A DNA stretch of 64,000 bases from Octopus vulgaris (GCA_951406725.2 OX597822.1:24924001-24988000), one strand, 5' to 3'. Positions 41,107 to 56,454 are shown, numbered from the stretch's first letter. Translations and numbers: made by a program. The notes: generated from the sequence alone by a model not told the origin.

Positions 41107-41220
41107 GTCTGTCTGTCTGTCTGTCTGTTTATCTTTCTAATCTATCCGTATGTATGTATGTATGTATGTATTTATGTATGTATGTATGTATGTATGTATG
41201 TATGTATGTATGTATGTATG

Positions 41221-41287
<67 letters not shown>

Positions 41288-41289
<2 letters not shown>

Positions 41290-41641
41290 CGGAGAAATAC
41301 TCGCATAGCAAGTAATTTGATCTGAGATCGTGTGCTGAAACGAAAACAATTGCAGCGTGGAAGGTGTTTGTAAGCCATTTAAGAAACACACAAAAGCCGT
41401 TCGATTCACTTCAACATTTAAGTTTAATTTGTCAAAATATTTTCGTCGCTAAAATCCGCGACCTATTCACTGACAAAAATCCGTGCTGCATCTCCGAGAT
41501 GTAGCACGGATTTTTGTCAGTGAATAGGTCGCGGATTTTAGCGACGAAAATATTTTGACAAATTAAACTTAAATGTTGAAGTGAATCGAACGGCTTTTTT
41601 GTGTTTCTTAAATGGGTTATAAACACCTTCCACGCTGCAAT

Positions 41642-41644
<3 letters not shown>
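41288..41644. mobile_element. Fold-back element in (TA)n: ~58-nt leader plus 299-bp near-perfect palindrome (41346-41644)
   Basis: 149-bp arms, about 4 mismatches, 1-nt centre at 41495; HHR-like motif at 41513-41562 and its mirror. Confidence 0.92.
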
Positions 41645-41680
<36 letters not shown>

Positions 41681-41698
41681 TGATATATATATTGAGGT

Positions 41699-41781
<83 letters not shown>

Positions 41782-42635
41782 CCTCAAGAATAATCAGCCG
41801 AAATTGCGAGGATAATCTGGTTCTTGACTGATGATAGAAAACTTCGAATGACTCGTCCTTGTTTTCTTTGTATTGTCTTTCTGGATGTTTCGTTGTCCCC
41901 TTTTTGTATCACCTAGTTGTCCGGATGTTTTGCGTTCTTGTCCCATTTTGTATTTTATATATATATGTGTGTGTGTGTGTGTGTATGTTTGTGTGTGTGT
42001 CTTTGTGTGCGTGTGTTGAAAAATACAAGTATATCAAATATCATACAACATTAATTTTCGAGTTATTGAATTATCTCTGCCTTTAGGATGCATTATAAGT
42101 AGCAAATGACAATTAAATTCAGTTCCATATAAGAAAGTGAGATAATTTCAAGAAGAAGGAGGATTCTCCAAAGTTGGCATGCTAGCAGTAATCCAAAGAA
42201 ACTTGTGTGTTTATGTGTGAAATAGAAATTGGAACTAAAGAAGTTAGTTGCAAGTACTTCGTTGGTGGAGTTTTAGAAGAGTGTCATGTTAAATGGCAAA
42301 CGTTTAAGAACATATGCCAAACTAAAGACAAGCTTGCTGCAATTTTTCCGATGTATAATTTTGGTACAAATCCTAAATCATTATCTGATGCTGCAAGGAT
42401 ATGTTTCAGGATAGAAATCTAGAGGACTCAAGGGCATAATAGTTTTTCAATGAAGGATCCCGTGGTAATGATGGATTCAAATTTTGACACAATACCAGAA
42501 ATTTTGGGGTAGGGGTAAGTCGATTACATCGTCCCCAGTGCTCAACTGGATCTTATTTTATCGACTCCAAAAGGATGAATGGCAAAGTCGTCGACCTCGG
42601 CAGAATTTGAACTCAGAACGTAAAGACGGACGAAA

Positions 42636-42699
<64 letters not shown>

Positions 42700-42736
42700 G
42701 TTGTTGTTGTTGTTGTTATTGTTGTTATTGTTATTA

Positions 42737-42828
<92 letters not shown>

Positions 42829-42829
42829 G

Positions 42830-43345
42830 AGTGAGAGAGCAGCGCATGCCAGCAAAGTGACACTGGGGTAAAATATGCGAAGTGCAATATACCCATCATG
42901 ATTACCCGTCTGATTAAGGTGCACCAGGCACATGCATCACAACCATATATGCGCGACATGGTGGTTTCATATCAAGATAAAAAGCGCATGACCTATCAGG
43001 TGGGGCTCAGCTAGAATTTTCTTCAGGTCGACAACCCCATCCCGCTCAAAAGGTCCTTGAATAAGGTTTGTTTAAGGATGATGAGCGAAAGACCCATGTT
43101 TCCAGAGGTGAATTATTCAAACTCCATTGAATTTCTCTAAACACGTGGTTATGATGCTCACCCACTACTTCTGCACATATCATCAGCCAATAAGTGATAT
43201 GCTCAACTGGTTAAGGTCAACCAACTGACAAGCAAATCTGTGGTATTGAGCAGAATATTTGCTGTAGCCCATCTTTTATACTAAAACAAAACATATTGCA
43301 TGCTAGCATTTCCAATCAGTCAAGATCAGAAGCCATGAGAACCAG
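42830..43345 (-). mobile_element. Probable non-LTR retrotransposon 3' fragment inserted in (TAA)n
   Basis: ~510 nt of complex sequence with (TTA)n on both sides; short SWLLILTDW could be an ORF end; family and strand uncertain. Confidence 0.45.
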
Positions 43346-43398
43346 ATTATTATTATTATTATCATTATTATTATTATTATAATTATTACTATTATTAT

Positions 43399-43457
<59 letters not shown>

Positions 43458-43474
43458 ATACTACTACTATTTGC

Positions 43475-43524
<50 letters not shown>

Positions 43525-44321
43525 GTATATCACATTATATCATCCATCTCATTTCGAGAATACTGTGTGCTGAAAGCAAGGAATAATAGTCAAGGTGAAG
43601 TATTGTTTTGATCCAAAATCTAAGACAAAAGGCATTCAGTTCCGGTTTCTGGCAAAGAATCAGGTGTGTCTGTGTCTTTTGTTATTAAAACATCATAAAA
43701 CCATCACGATATCTCGCTGTGTCATATCGAATGTCAAAACCGGGATTCTTTAAGCTTTGTTTAAGAGCGTGGTGTAGTAAGAGCCAGAAAACCCTTTTAA
43801 AACTAATCCTCCTTTTATCTACATATCTACCGTCATCTTCCTTTCTTTCTCTCTTTCATACACTCGCCCTCACACACTCATTTACTCACACACTCTTTTC
43901 CTCTCTCTTTCCCTTTGGATTTCATCCTTATTACTAAACATATCACAGAACATCTGGTTTCCAGACATCATCCACAGATTATGTTTTCTTTCTTTATTTC
44001 TTTCTTTCTTTCTTTCTTTCTTTCTTTTTTTCTTTCTTTCTTACTTTCTTTCTTTCTTTCTTTCTTTCTTTCCTTATTGTTTTGTTTCGAGATGTCCACT
44101 TGAAATCTATCATGATGCCAAGAAGTTTTTTCAAAAGAGTGAATAGATAAACTGATGCCAAACCGAAGAGAAGAGCCCACAGCATCTTCGTACATATGCA
44201 CTTAAACGCTAAGTGTAAGCAGACCCGTGAAGAGCATGAACCTCCACAATATCGACCGATCTTTCAACCCATTTATTATCCGTTATCCATGACAAGTACG
44301 TTCACCAAGCGCTCTAAAAAG

Positions 44322-44774
<453 letters not shown>

Positions 44775-45140
44775 AGAGAGAGAGAAAGGGAGATCAGAAG
44801 TGCAAGAGTGGAGGAGGTGCAAAACCAGCCAATTTTGAGGAACAGATGCCATTATAGTATCGACAGAAAAGGGCAGAGGGAGGGAACAATAAATCTGAGG
44901 GTCAGAGGCTGGAGTGTGTTTGTAATTGACTTGATAATAAACAGTCGGGTTGTCCAGATGTTTGGATGTTTGGAGCAGGGCAGTTCCAGACGCGGGATCA
45001 TACTCCAATCTGGTCCCACTCGAAGTCCTTCTTTAACATAATCCTCGGGCAGACTCACAGAGACACAGTCTGTGTGTGTGTGTGTGTGTGTGTTTGTGTG
45101 CATCCATAAGGGTGTGTGTATGTGTGTAATAATAGCGGAC

Positions 45141-45173
45141 CGTTCTTAAGCGTTCAGCCATATCCACAACCAT
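45141..45173 (-). CDS. Candidate first coding segment MVVDMAERLRT within a putative exon 45141-45256
   Basis: Strong acceptor CCCTTTCTATTTCCAG with upstream CTAAT; phase-0 end compatible with exon 14830-14883; donor ACG|GTCCGC is weak. Confidence 0.35.
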
Positions 45174-45318
45174 TATAAATGACTGTGGTCTTATAGCATA
45201 AATCAAACAAGTGCAACAGATTTGTTATACCGGAATCGCTAGTGCAGTTGTTAGCACTGGAAATAGAAAGGGTGGCTGGCATTAGATAGATTTTTGTTAA
45301 AATACAATGACGATAGCT

Positions 45319-45373
<55 letters not shown>

Positions 45374-46559
45374 CAGCAGCACCAGCAGCAGTAGTAGTAG
45401 TGATGTACATACGATACTAGTTGCCATACCAACATTTACTTCTAGTTAGCAATAAGCAACACTTGCAGTAACCGCTGCAATAATAATTAGCTGCGATAAT
45501 GGCAACAACAACAGCAGCAGCAGTATCAGCATCATCATCAGCAGCAGCAGCAGAAGCAGCAGTAGCAGTTGCGTTAGCCGTCCCGATATTGGTAGCTACG
45601 CTAGCAATAGTGATGATTGTGATGGCTGAGATGGTAGTAGTAGCAGTAGTAGTAGTTGTTGTTGTTGTGGTAATAATAGTAGAAGAAAGAAGACAAGACG
45701 GAGGAGGAGGAGGAGAAGGAAGAGAAGGAGGTGAAGAAAGAAGAAAAACAACAACAAGAACAACAATTAATGTCCTAATGTTGTTGTTGGAAGATAGACA
45801 AACCGCCATTGGTTTTTGATTCAAAGAAATGAGAGAATATTTAACGCATAGTTAATGTTTGTTATTTTCGGTTAAAATATCAAAGCATTGCTGTTTTCTG
45901 TTTGTTAGAGAAGTTGAGACGTTAATGTAGTCTCAACAATAGCCAGGTGCTTGCGTTGCTGCTATTGTTGAGAGAGAGAGGGGGAGGTGACAGAGAAATA
46001 GAGAGACACTCAAAACTCCTAACAGTACATATTTATGAGTGCCAGGGTAGAGTATATCTCTACAAGACAGCACGAAGCAGTCAAATTGGCAGATAGAATG
46101 CTTTGCGGCATTTGTTCCCGTTCTCTGCGTCGTCTGAGTTCAAATCGCACCGAGGCCGATCTTTCTGTTCATCTCTTGGCCCAATAAAGTACCAAACAAA
46201 ACTTAGAGCAGTTCCCTTCATCCCCTCTCTCTCCCTCTCGGCTATACTAAAAGGACCATGAAGGGATCGTTCACATCACGGTTTTTTGGCTGTAGTTGAA
46301 CTGACCCACTCGATACTACACATTTCCTATTCGTCCGAATGATGAGTTCGTAATCTCCTTGATTCGTTTTGGCTTTTCATTTGCGTGTGTGTGTGCCTTC
46401 CGAGGAGCGATAAATTTAATCCTACTAGTGGGATGCTCCAGCGTGGCCTTTCTCAGCTGTGATGTCTGGTTCAAACTAAAGATCTCATATACTGAGATTG
46501 TAAAAGAAAAAAAATTGAAATTCTGTCAAGTAATAGTTCCAGGAAAAACACACGCTTCT

Positions 46560-46990
46560 GAGAGAGGAAGAGAGAGAGAGAGTGAAAGGGGAGGAGAGAG
46601 AAAGAGAGAAAGAGTGAGAAAGAAAGTGAGAGAGAAATAGAGAGGGATAGAGGGAGAATATAGAGAAAAAGAAAGAGAGAGAGAAAGAGAGAAAGAAAGA
46701 GGAAAAGAGAGTGAGAGAGAGAGAGAGAAAGTGAGAAAGAGAAAGGAAGATAGAGAGGGAGAGAAAGTAAGGGAGAGAGAGAAAGAGAGAAAAGGATAGA
46801 GGGAGAAGATAGAGAGAAAGAAAGAAAGAAAGAGAGAGAGAAAGAAAGAGAGAGAGAGAAAGAAAGAGAAAAAGAGAACGAGAAGGAGAGTGAGAGAGAG
46901 AGAGAGAAAGTGAGAAAGAGAAAGCAAGAGAGAGAAGGAGAGAAAGTAAGGGAGAGAGAGAAAGAGAGAGAGAGAGAAGAGAGAAAGTGA
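46560..46990. repeat. ~430-nt GA-rich polypurine tract
   Basis: Direct inspection. Confidence 0.95.
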
Positions 46991-48069
46991 CGAAGTAAAA
47001 GAAGTTACTACGAGTATGTGATGTCGCTTTGGAAAAGAAATATTTCTAAAAGTACCCATAAAACAGCATATTTTCGCCACTTTTAGATTGATGGGAATTT
47101 TGAAAGAATTTCTTTATAAAGATAAGATCTCTGGACTGAATTTCAAATTCGGCGAATCGAATTTCCGGTTTGTTTTTCTCCGTAGACGTTCTTATTGTTA
47201 ACCCCGCCAGAACACAGAAGAGTCTTGATAAACTTGCAAGCATCTGTAATCTGAGTGGAAAAAGATATTTTAGAGACAGGAGTGGCTCTCGCCAATTACT
47301 TAGGGTTGCGTAGTAACGAATGAAAAATAATCTAGGCGACTAATTAGGAGAGTCGTTAAAGCGTCAGAGGGATTGCATTGTGGTGATAATAGTTCCGGTT
47401 TTCTACGCTCTAAATGCAAATCCGGCTGAGGTCAACATTGCTTTTCAGCTTTTGGGGGCAAATAAATAATGTACCAGCTCTGTACTGGAATTGTTTCTTC
47501 TCTTTCTCTCATTCTGACTGTATGTGGTCACATTTGGAGAGGCATGGACCCCTCCAGACCTAAAATTTGTCAAGCCACGCCATATGACACGATGGTGTTC
47601 CTTCTACTCCATCACGGAGCGAAGGAACTAAGGCAAGACAAGGCACGCTTGTAACGGTAACATCTTGTTGATTGCTTTGCTGCTTTATTTGAGATTATTT
47701 ATGTGTGGGTTGGTAACAAATAGTGTCAGATTCAGTTCCTAATTTAAAAAACAGATTGAAACGGACCTTATCTATCAACGTTTCATGCCAACGAGAGAAC
47801 TTATTTCTCCGAGGTCGCACAGCCTACGAGAATTAGTAACCACACCGCCATCCAATTATAGAAAAGTCATGATTTATACATAAAAAGATGGGCTGATCAC
47901 GGCTGGAATGCCCTTTTCTATTTTACTCATAGTTCTGTTTGAGTAGAGTTGGTCCGGGTCTAAACAACAGCAGCAACAAAATTTCTTGGAACTGATAACA
48001 AGAATATTTAATAATATACCAGTATAAAGAGATCATTTGATCTGCTTTCAGAAGAAAAACACGTGTGTG

Positions 48070-48330
48070 AAGGTGGGTGAACTGGCGGAATCGTTAGCAT
48101 ACCAGACAAAATATTTCGTCCGGCTTAACATTCTGGGTTCAAATTCTGCCGAGGTCGACTTCTCCTTTCACTCTTTCTCTTTCGGGGGGGGGGGGGTCGA
48201 TAAAATAAGTACCGGGGGAGGGGCGATAAAATAAGTCGATAAAATAGGTACCACTGGGGTTGATATAATCAAATTGCCCCCACCCCGCCTAAAATTGTTG
48301 GCCTTGAATAAAAAATTGAAATTATTACTC
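48070..48330 (+). mobile_element. Diverged SINE B
   Basis: GGCGGAATCGTTAGCA...GGTTCAAATTCTGCCGAGGTCGAC; GATAAAATAAGT motif locally triplicated. Confidence 0.8.
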
Positions 48331-49143
48331 TTAAATGTGTATTAAAAAAATTACGTTTTGAATCATATTTTTAAAACTCAGCGAGCACCAAGATACCTTG
48401 GTGCAATCAAACCATCGCTCCGCATCGTTTGAGATCCACGGCAAATCAGCCCATCACAAAATCTGTTTTCTTTCAGTCTCATCTCATCTCATCTCTCACT
48501 CTCTCTCCCACTGCCTTGTCAGTCTCTCTCTCTCTCTCATTCATTCCCATACATCTCGTGTCTCTCGCATTCTTCTGTTCATCTCCATAATTCTTTCCTT
48601 ATCATTTCCGTTTCACAAACAACCATTTAAACTTTTCCTTTTTTTCTTTTTCCTTATCAACCCCCCCTCCAAAAAAAACTACTCCTTATTTTATTCCATC
48701 TTTTATTCTGCCTCCCATTTCCACAGAGTTCTGACGGCACGGTTTCTCCTTGTTCATTGCTAATGTCATTGAAAATAAATAAATAAAAATAAAATGAAAC
48801 CCTTATTAATAGTAACAGTTCTGTTCGTGAGTTTTGCCGAAATTGGAAGTACGCCGCCTAACATATCACTTGGCCATAGCGGAACGTACCGATGGCACGT
48901 GCTCATCAGTTTTCCGGGCACAAATAAAGTCTGACACATCATCTAACACTCGTACTATATGCCGTTGGACGGACACACACTCACGCGCAAACGCCCCCAC
49001 CTTTGAAATTTACGGTCCTTTCGGTTTATATTTAATGAACAACTTGGCATACGTGGTCATATACATGCACATACACACGCCCACGCATGTACAAACACAC
49101 ACGCACACACACACACACACACACACGTATATATACTCACAGA

Positions 49144-49204
<61 letters not shown>

Positions 49205-49252
49205 TGTATAGACTCACATGCATATGTATATATATGTGAGTATGTGTGTGTA

Positions 49253-49295
<43 letters not shown>

Positions 49296-49350
49296 TCCTC
49301 CACATATATTTGTATATACATTTATAGACACATGCATATGTATACATATA

Positions 49351-49383
<33 letters not shown>

Positions 49384-49996
49384 TTGTGTGTGTGTATATA
49401 TGTGTGTGTACATACACATACATATATCTGTGTGTGTATGTATATATATATATATGTTTATGGAGGGCGCCTAAAGGTATTCAACAATACAGTAGAGTGA
49501 GCTTAGGTTTAATTAAATCTAAATTATTATCTTGGGATACATTACACTAGAAATGAGCTATGCAACCCAAGTCTTTCCTTTCTGCAGCCTGTCAACTATG
49601 GAAGTTATCCAAGCTATCAAGTCCAATCCCCTCCCCGAACAAAAAAAAAAAAAAAAAAAAAAAAGAGAGAAAAAAAACCCTATTCATAATCATCTGTTTC
49701 CTTTATCTTTCTAGATGGAGACAGCGAGTCCTGATGATGGAGATGCTGGAATCTGGCAAAAGAACATAGTGATTTCCTTAATGTACAAGCTGCGGCCGAA
49801 AACGAACTTCTGGTATTTTACACGGCTATTGTTGTGCCACTTGAGTTAGTAGGCAAAAAGATGATGGTGTCATCGTGTAGCTAATGTTTTATTGCTTTTC
49901 TTGAAAATATTATTACAATTCGGATATGTGCATATCGTGCGTTTGGTGTACAAAGGTTTGTCAACCTGTAAAATAGGGGGGATCGTTTTCACTCCT

Positions 49997-50031
<35 letters not shown>

Positions 50032-50044
50032 CATAAATACACAT

Positions 50045-50461
<417 letters not shown>

Positions 50462-50463
<2 letters not shown>

Positions 50464-50580
50464 AACAGTTTGGCTGTTTGTTTGTCTGGAGACTGTTAGA
50501 ATGCTGTAGACGCCCCTGATGAGAACCTAATAAAATTCGAAAATCGATTAAGGTTGTTCAACGTTTTGTCAGTCTGCGGA
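50462..50580 (+). ncRNA. Third copy of the 26.6-27.0 kb HHR repeat, catalytic core intact
   Basis: Homologous to 26852-26975; CTGATGA 50516-50522, GAA/TTC helix II, GAAA-A-TCGA-T-TA (cut after 50550); C.A mismatch at the base of helix I. Confidence 0.75.
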
Positions 50581-51868
50581 CAGGATACTCTTGTCTATTG
50601 TTTAGTAATTGCTGTTCGTTTTCCATTTGTTTATATAAGAGAATGTGTATATGTATGTATTTGTATGCATGTATGCAATTGTATATATATGTGCATTTGT
50701 GTATTTGTGTATGTATGCATGAGGTTTCTACAAACTGCATTCAAAAACCATATATATTTATTCACTCTCTCACTCTCTCTCTCTCTCTCTCACTCACACA
50801 CACACACACACACACATACACACGTTAGCACATTCACGCATCTATTCAAAAACATACTCAATAACACACACATATATAAATGATAAACACACATTCACAC
50901 ATTCACGCATCTATACTAAAAGCACACATATTAACACACACATACACATACATACGCACACACACATATACACACAAACACACACATAGATGCACTCATA
51001 TATAAAGATACATACATAGACAACACACATGGACAAATATAGCCACATGCACACAAACATAGAGACATAGATACACGAAGAATACCAGCACACACTTCAT
51101 AAACACGTGGCATCACAATATATTTTCTTATGCCTAAAAGTCAAGATGGCGACAGGGTCAGCATAAAAGTAAGATAAAAATGGAATGACGTCTGTTTTGG
51201 AATTATAAAAGAAAAATTATGTAAAGAAAACATTAGCATTCAGAAATGTATCCAAAACATTTCCTTCAAACCCAGATTCATAATATGTATACGTGATTAT
51301 CCTTACTCTACTTTTAGTTTTATACTTATAAATTCTGGTTCCTGTGTCCGTTTGACGTTTCTTTTTCATGTATTTTAATTTCTGAATATTTTTTTAACAT
51401 CCACCGAAAAAAAAACTTGTTAAAACATACGGGAAGAGCCCGGGAAAAAGCTGAAACGTCATATTTTAAAAGTCATACCTCACACGTTCAAACCACTGTT
51501 GTAACATGGTTTTCGGTAATGTAGAGGACGGGGTGGGGTGGAGGGGATACAAGTCAACATTTCTAAACAGAATTAATTTACGTTCTCGAAGTTTCTGAAT
51601 TTTTATGACGTCAGCAACATATATTCCTCGCTGGCAAGAATAAATTCTCTAAAATTTATTGAGAAATTCAAAGGATTGCTTTGCTCCAATGGTAGAACAT
51701 CTATCCTGTTTACGGAAGATGTGATTTAAACTTCCACGAGTAACGTTCGACGACCTCTCCCTAGCCAAACGGAGTTTAATCCAGCGTTCACACGCTATTA
51801 TTCATCGCTTTATTTGCTTGGAAATTCAACGTTCCTAAAAAGAATTATTTCACATTCTCGAAGTTTCT

Positions 51869-52101
51869 TATTTCTTTGCTTGCCCACAAGGGGCTACACA
51901 CACAGGGGACAAACAAGGACACACAAACGGATTAAGTCGACTATATCGACCCCAGTGCGTAACTGGTACTTAATTTATCGACCTCGAAAGGATGAAAGGC
52001 AAAGACGACCTCGGCGAAATTTGAACTCAGAACGTAAAGAGAGACGAAATACCGCTAAGCATTTCGCTCGGCATGCTAAGGTTTCTGCCAGCTTGCCACC
52101 T
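51869..52101 (-). mobile_element. Full-length SINE B
   Basis: Homologous to 17763-17992. Confidence 0.9.
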
Positions 52102-52144
52102 TTCTACATTTTTATGACATCACACACACACGATATATATATTC

Positions 52145-52558
52145 TTTTATTCTTTTACTTGTTTCAGTTACTTGACTGTGGCTATGCTGGAGCACCACCT
52201 TTAGTCGAGCGAACTGACCCCCAGCTAGCCCCTTGTGGGCAATAAAGAAATTGAACTGACCCTCACGACTTATTCTTCATAAGCATAGTACTTATTCTAT
52301 CGGTCTCTTTTGCCGAACCGCTAATTTACACACCAACATCGGTTGTCAAGCGATGGTGGGGGACAAACCTAGACACACAAACACACACGCATATACGACA
52401 GGTTTCTTTCAGTTTCCGTCTACCAAATCCGTTCACAAGGCTTTGGTCGGCCCGAGGCTATAGTAGAAGACACTTGCCCAAGGTGCTACGCCGTGGGACT
52501 GAATCCGGAACCATGTGGTTGGTAAACAAGCCTCTTACCACACAGTAACGCCTGCGGC
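52145..52558 (-). mobile_element. Full-length SINE A with a nested 32-nt SINE B tail (52221-52252)
   Basis: Family A homology; insert flanked by 10-bp TSD GAACTGACCC. Confidence 0.9.
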
Positions 52559-53218
52559 TATATATATATTCTTTAACTTTTATTTTTTCACGTGATTCAG
52601 TCATCCGACTGCGGCCATACTGGAGTACCGCCTCCATATATATATATATATATATATATATACTTTTAGTTCTTAAAAATTCTTAAAATTTACAATTTCC
52701 TTTCTGTAGTTTTGATATTGATCGTAAGGTCTTGGCAACGGCGAGAATAGTGATGACGGTAGTGGTGGTAAGAGGGAAAGATGAGAGGCTGATAGTGGTG
52801 GTAGTGATACGTATTGTGCAGCTGCAAATGGCGATCGGAATAATGATGAAACTGATGCTGACTTTAAATTCTGACCTTTGTTAACTACATACATACATAC
52901 ATACATACATACATACATACATACATACATGCATGCATATGCACATACATACATATGCACATACATACATACATACGTACGTACATACATACATACATAC
53001 ATACATACATACATACATACATACATACATACGTACATACGTACGTACATACATACATACATATGCACATACATACATACGTACATACATACATACACAC
53101 ATATAAACATACATACATACGTGCGTGTGTGTGTTTATATGTGTGCATTTGTAGGTGTGTTTGATGTTTTCGTAGTAGTGAAAGAATTTGTAAAAAACTC
53201 GCTAGTATACATACATGC

Positions 53219-53288
<70 letters not shown>

Positions 53289-53842
53289 TTGTGCGCGCAC
53301 GCGTAGAAACCGGGTAGAGTTTCGCAACTCGAAATATGTATATTCTATGTAAAACCGATATTCTCAGCTTTCTGGTAGTCACTTAATCCGCACATAAAAA
53401 TATACATTCACAGACACCTATCTATGTATACACACTTATGCACGTACAAACACACACACACACACAAACATACATTATATATTTAAGTCTAAACACACAT
53501 ATGCGTATGCTCAAACACGTGTGTATGTTGTGCTTACATTAATATGTGTATCTCTATTCACAGTTGCCAAAAGAAAGTTGGAATCGGAGCTGTTGCTGAT
53601 TCTAAGAATAACTGTGTAAGACATCTCTCATATCTCCAGCTACCTATACATACACACATGCATACATACACACATACATACTTCCATACATACATACATT
53701 CATATATACATACATACACACACACACACACAAAATATATATATAATATATATAATATATATATAATATATAAAATATCTATACATATGCATATATACAT
53801 AGACACACACACAAACACACACACATATATATATATGCATAT

Positions 53843-53908
<66 letters not shown>

Positions 53909-54402
53909 GTATATGTATTTTTATTTATGTATATATATATATATCTATATATATATGCGCAATATAGTGAAAGGGAATGAGGGTGTTTTTAAAAGACAGA
54001 TAGTATTCTTCATATTTATTTTTCTTGCTATTCTACAACATACCACATCCACCTCTGGTTCTGATTCTATCAATATTATTCCATACCATTCCATATTTTT
54101 CATTCCTTTAGCATCTGTATTAGCGAAGAATTTGTAAAAATATCCTAGATAAGAAACTGCGAGCTTATACCAGCGGCTTGTATTATTAGAGAGAAATTTG
54201 TGTGTGTATGTATGTGTGGCTTGTTAGATGAATATATGTGTGCGCTTCTCTGTCTTTAAGTGCATGTCTTATATGCATGTGTGTGCGTATGTATGGAATA
54301 TCTATTACGTAATAGTGTGAATGAACGTGTGTATATGTACATATGTATATAATGTGTGTGTATCTTTGTATCCATATATATATACATATATATACATGTG
54401 TA

Positions 54403-54619
54403 CTAGGGGATGCTGAAAAGTTCCTGGTTCTGGGTAAAAGAAAATACACGAGGATCACTTAATTATGATTTTATTCCGCATGTGCCCCTCTCAGATGCCC
54501 ACACTTATTGCAGCGATCCTTCAGTTTTTCTAAGCCCTGTAAAAGAACTCGGATGGTTGAGCCTCCAACTAGGGATTTCGTGATATCCGAAAAGCCAAGA
54601 ACTTTATAGTACACTCTTG
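54403..54619 (-). mobile_element. Mariner deletion derivative retaining the transposase C-terminus
   Basis: Imperfect TIRs, TA at the left end; minus strand reads LQGLEKLKDRCNKCGHLRGAHAE*, matching the mariner C-terminal GI.KL..RW.KC....G.Y.E pattern. Confidence 0.8.
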
Positions 54620-54969
54620 TGTATATATGTGTATGTGTTTTCTGTGTATGTATGTATATATAAAAATGTGTGTGTCTCTGTGTGTGTGTGTGTGTGTATG
54701 TGTGCATGTATGTGTGTGTGAGTGAGTGCGTGTGTATGAATACAGAAACATTTTGGTAACAAAATTTTGGAATCATTTGATAATCTATTATCGTAAAACA
54801 GTTCCTGTAGAATCATAATCCCAAGACATAGCAATGTATGAAGAACTGTGTATGTATGTCTCTCAGTCTATCTGTATATATGTACATATGTATGCAGGTG
54901 CATGTGTGTATGTGTGCCCTGTAAGTATGACGAGGCTGGACACTTGAATTATAGGTACATTTTGCAAGG

Positions 54970-55004
<35 letters not shown>

Positions 55005-55169
55005 CGAGAGAGATCAACCCCCAGTACTACACTAATACATTATTTATCAATATCGAAGCGATGAAAGGTAGAGTTAATCTCTGCGAGATATGATTTTCGA
55101 GCTTAGAGAGCTGGAACTAATACTGTAAGGCTGCTATCAGTTCTGTAAATTCACCACCTTGCTTTTATT

Positions 55170-55202
<33 letters not shown>

Positions 55203-55334
55203 GATATGTAATATGTGTGTGTGTGTGTGTGCTTGTAAGGTATGTGGGTAATTTTAGATATAGTAATACATGTTTTACTATAGCTGTAAGAAATCCATCC
55301 ATCGAACTATGCCATACTTTTATATATATATATT

Positions 55335-55740
55335 ATTTTATTTTATATTTCATCTAGTTTCAGCTCACGAACTGTGGCCATGCTGGGGCACCTCCCCATT
55401 TGATGTTGCTACATAATTTTACTTCACAAATGCTTTTTAGCTATTGACATTTGGTGCATGAGAGAGTTTGATGCAGCTGCCGTCATCTGTACTTCCTGCG
55501 GCGAAGTTGGTTCATCTGGGATACCTGACAGGAAGAGGTCCAGCTTTATTTTGAAGACATCTACATCCACCCCATGCAGGTCCCTCAGGTCCTTCGGGAG
55601 GATATTGAGGAACTGTGGACCTCTGAAGCCCAGGCTATTACAGTATCTTGCCCTACATCTTGATGGCAAATTTGGAGTCCTTGGCACTATGCAGTGGCGC
55701 CCAATTCTAGTATTTGTGTAACTCTCAATGCCAAAGTTAC

Positions 55741-55744
<4 letters not shown>
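55335..55744 (-). mobile_element. 5'-truncated CR1-group LINE: ORF2 C-terminus and 3' UTR
   Basis: NSLGFRGPQFLNILPKDLRDLHGVDVDVFKIKLDLFLSGIPDEP matches the CR1-type N.LP...FK..LD..L motif; (ATAAA)-like tail. Confidence 0.8.
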
Positions 55745-55811
<67 letters not shown>

Positions 55812-56454
55812 ACGTGTGTATGTACATACACACACACACACACACACATATATTCACACATTCACACAAACGTACACACACACACATATATGCAGCAATG
55901 AGAAGGATACATATGTTTATAAGTGGTTTAATGATCAACTGATCAATAAATAATTGATATAAGAAGATACTTGGTTCCTCTCTGAAGGAAATACAAAGTT
56001 TATATACTGACTGCTTAAATGAATATAAATCTCGCCAATGAAAAGATACATATTACGCTAATAGTAATAGTTACGAAATATGAGTTTTAAGTAGATGAAT
56101 ATAGTCACCAAATACCGAAAGATTGGAATGAAAGAGACAATAATATTTCTAAACCGTCGCCGGTCGCCGGTTATTTTTGAAGGAAGACAAAACATAATCA
56201 GCTGTTTCCTGAAATAATCGAAAAAAGATTACCTTCTTTTTTATGAGGCAAAATTTGTTGAGCTGAAACTATAAATGAGGTTGTTCTGTCTTGTGTGTAT
56301 GGACACTCCTGTCGCAGATGGCAAATGAGGATTCCGCAATTTCTTGCAGAACAAACTGCACAGATGATTTATCTATAGTGATAAAATATATTGTGTTCTA
56401 CATTATCTCGTTTCTTCCTTGAAGTTGACATTGCCTTTACAGATGCACAGTGAG

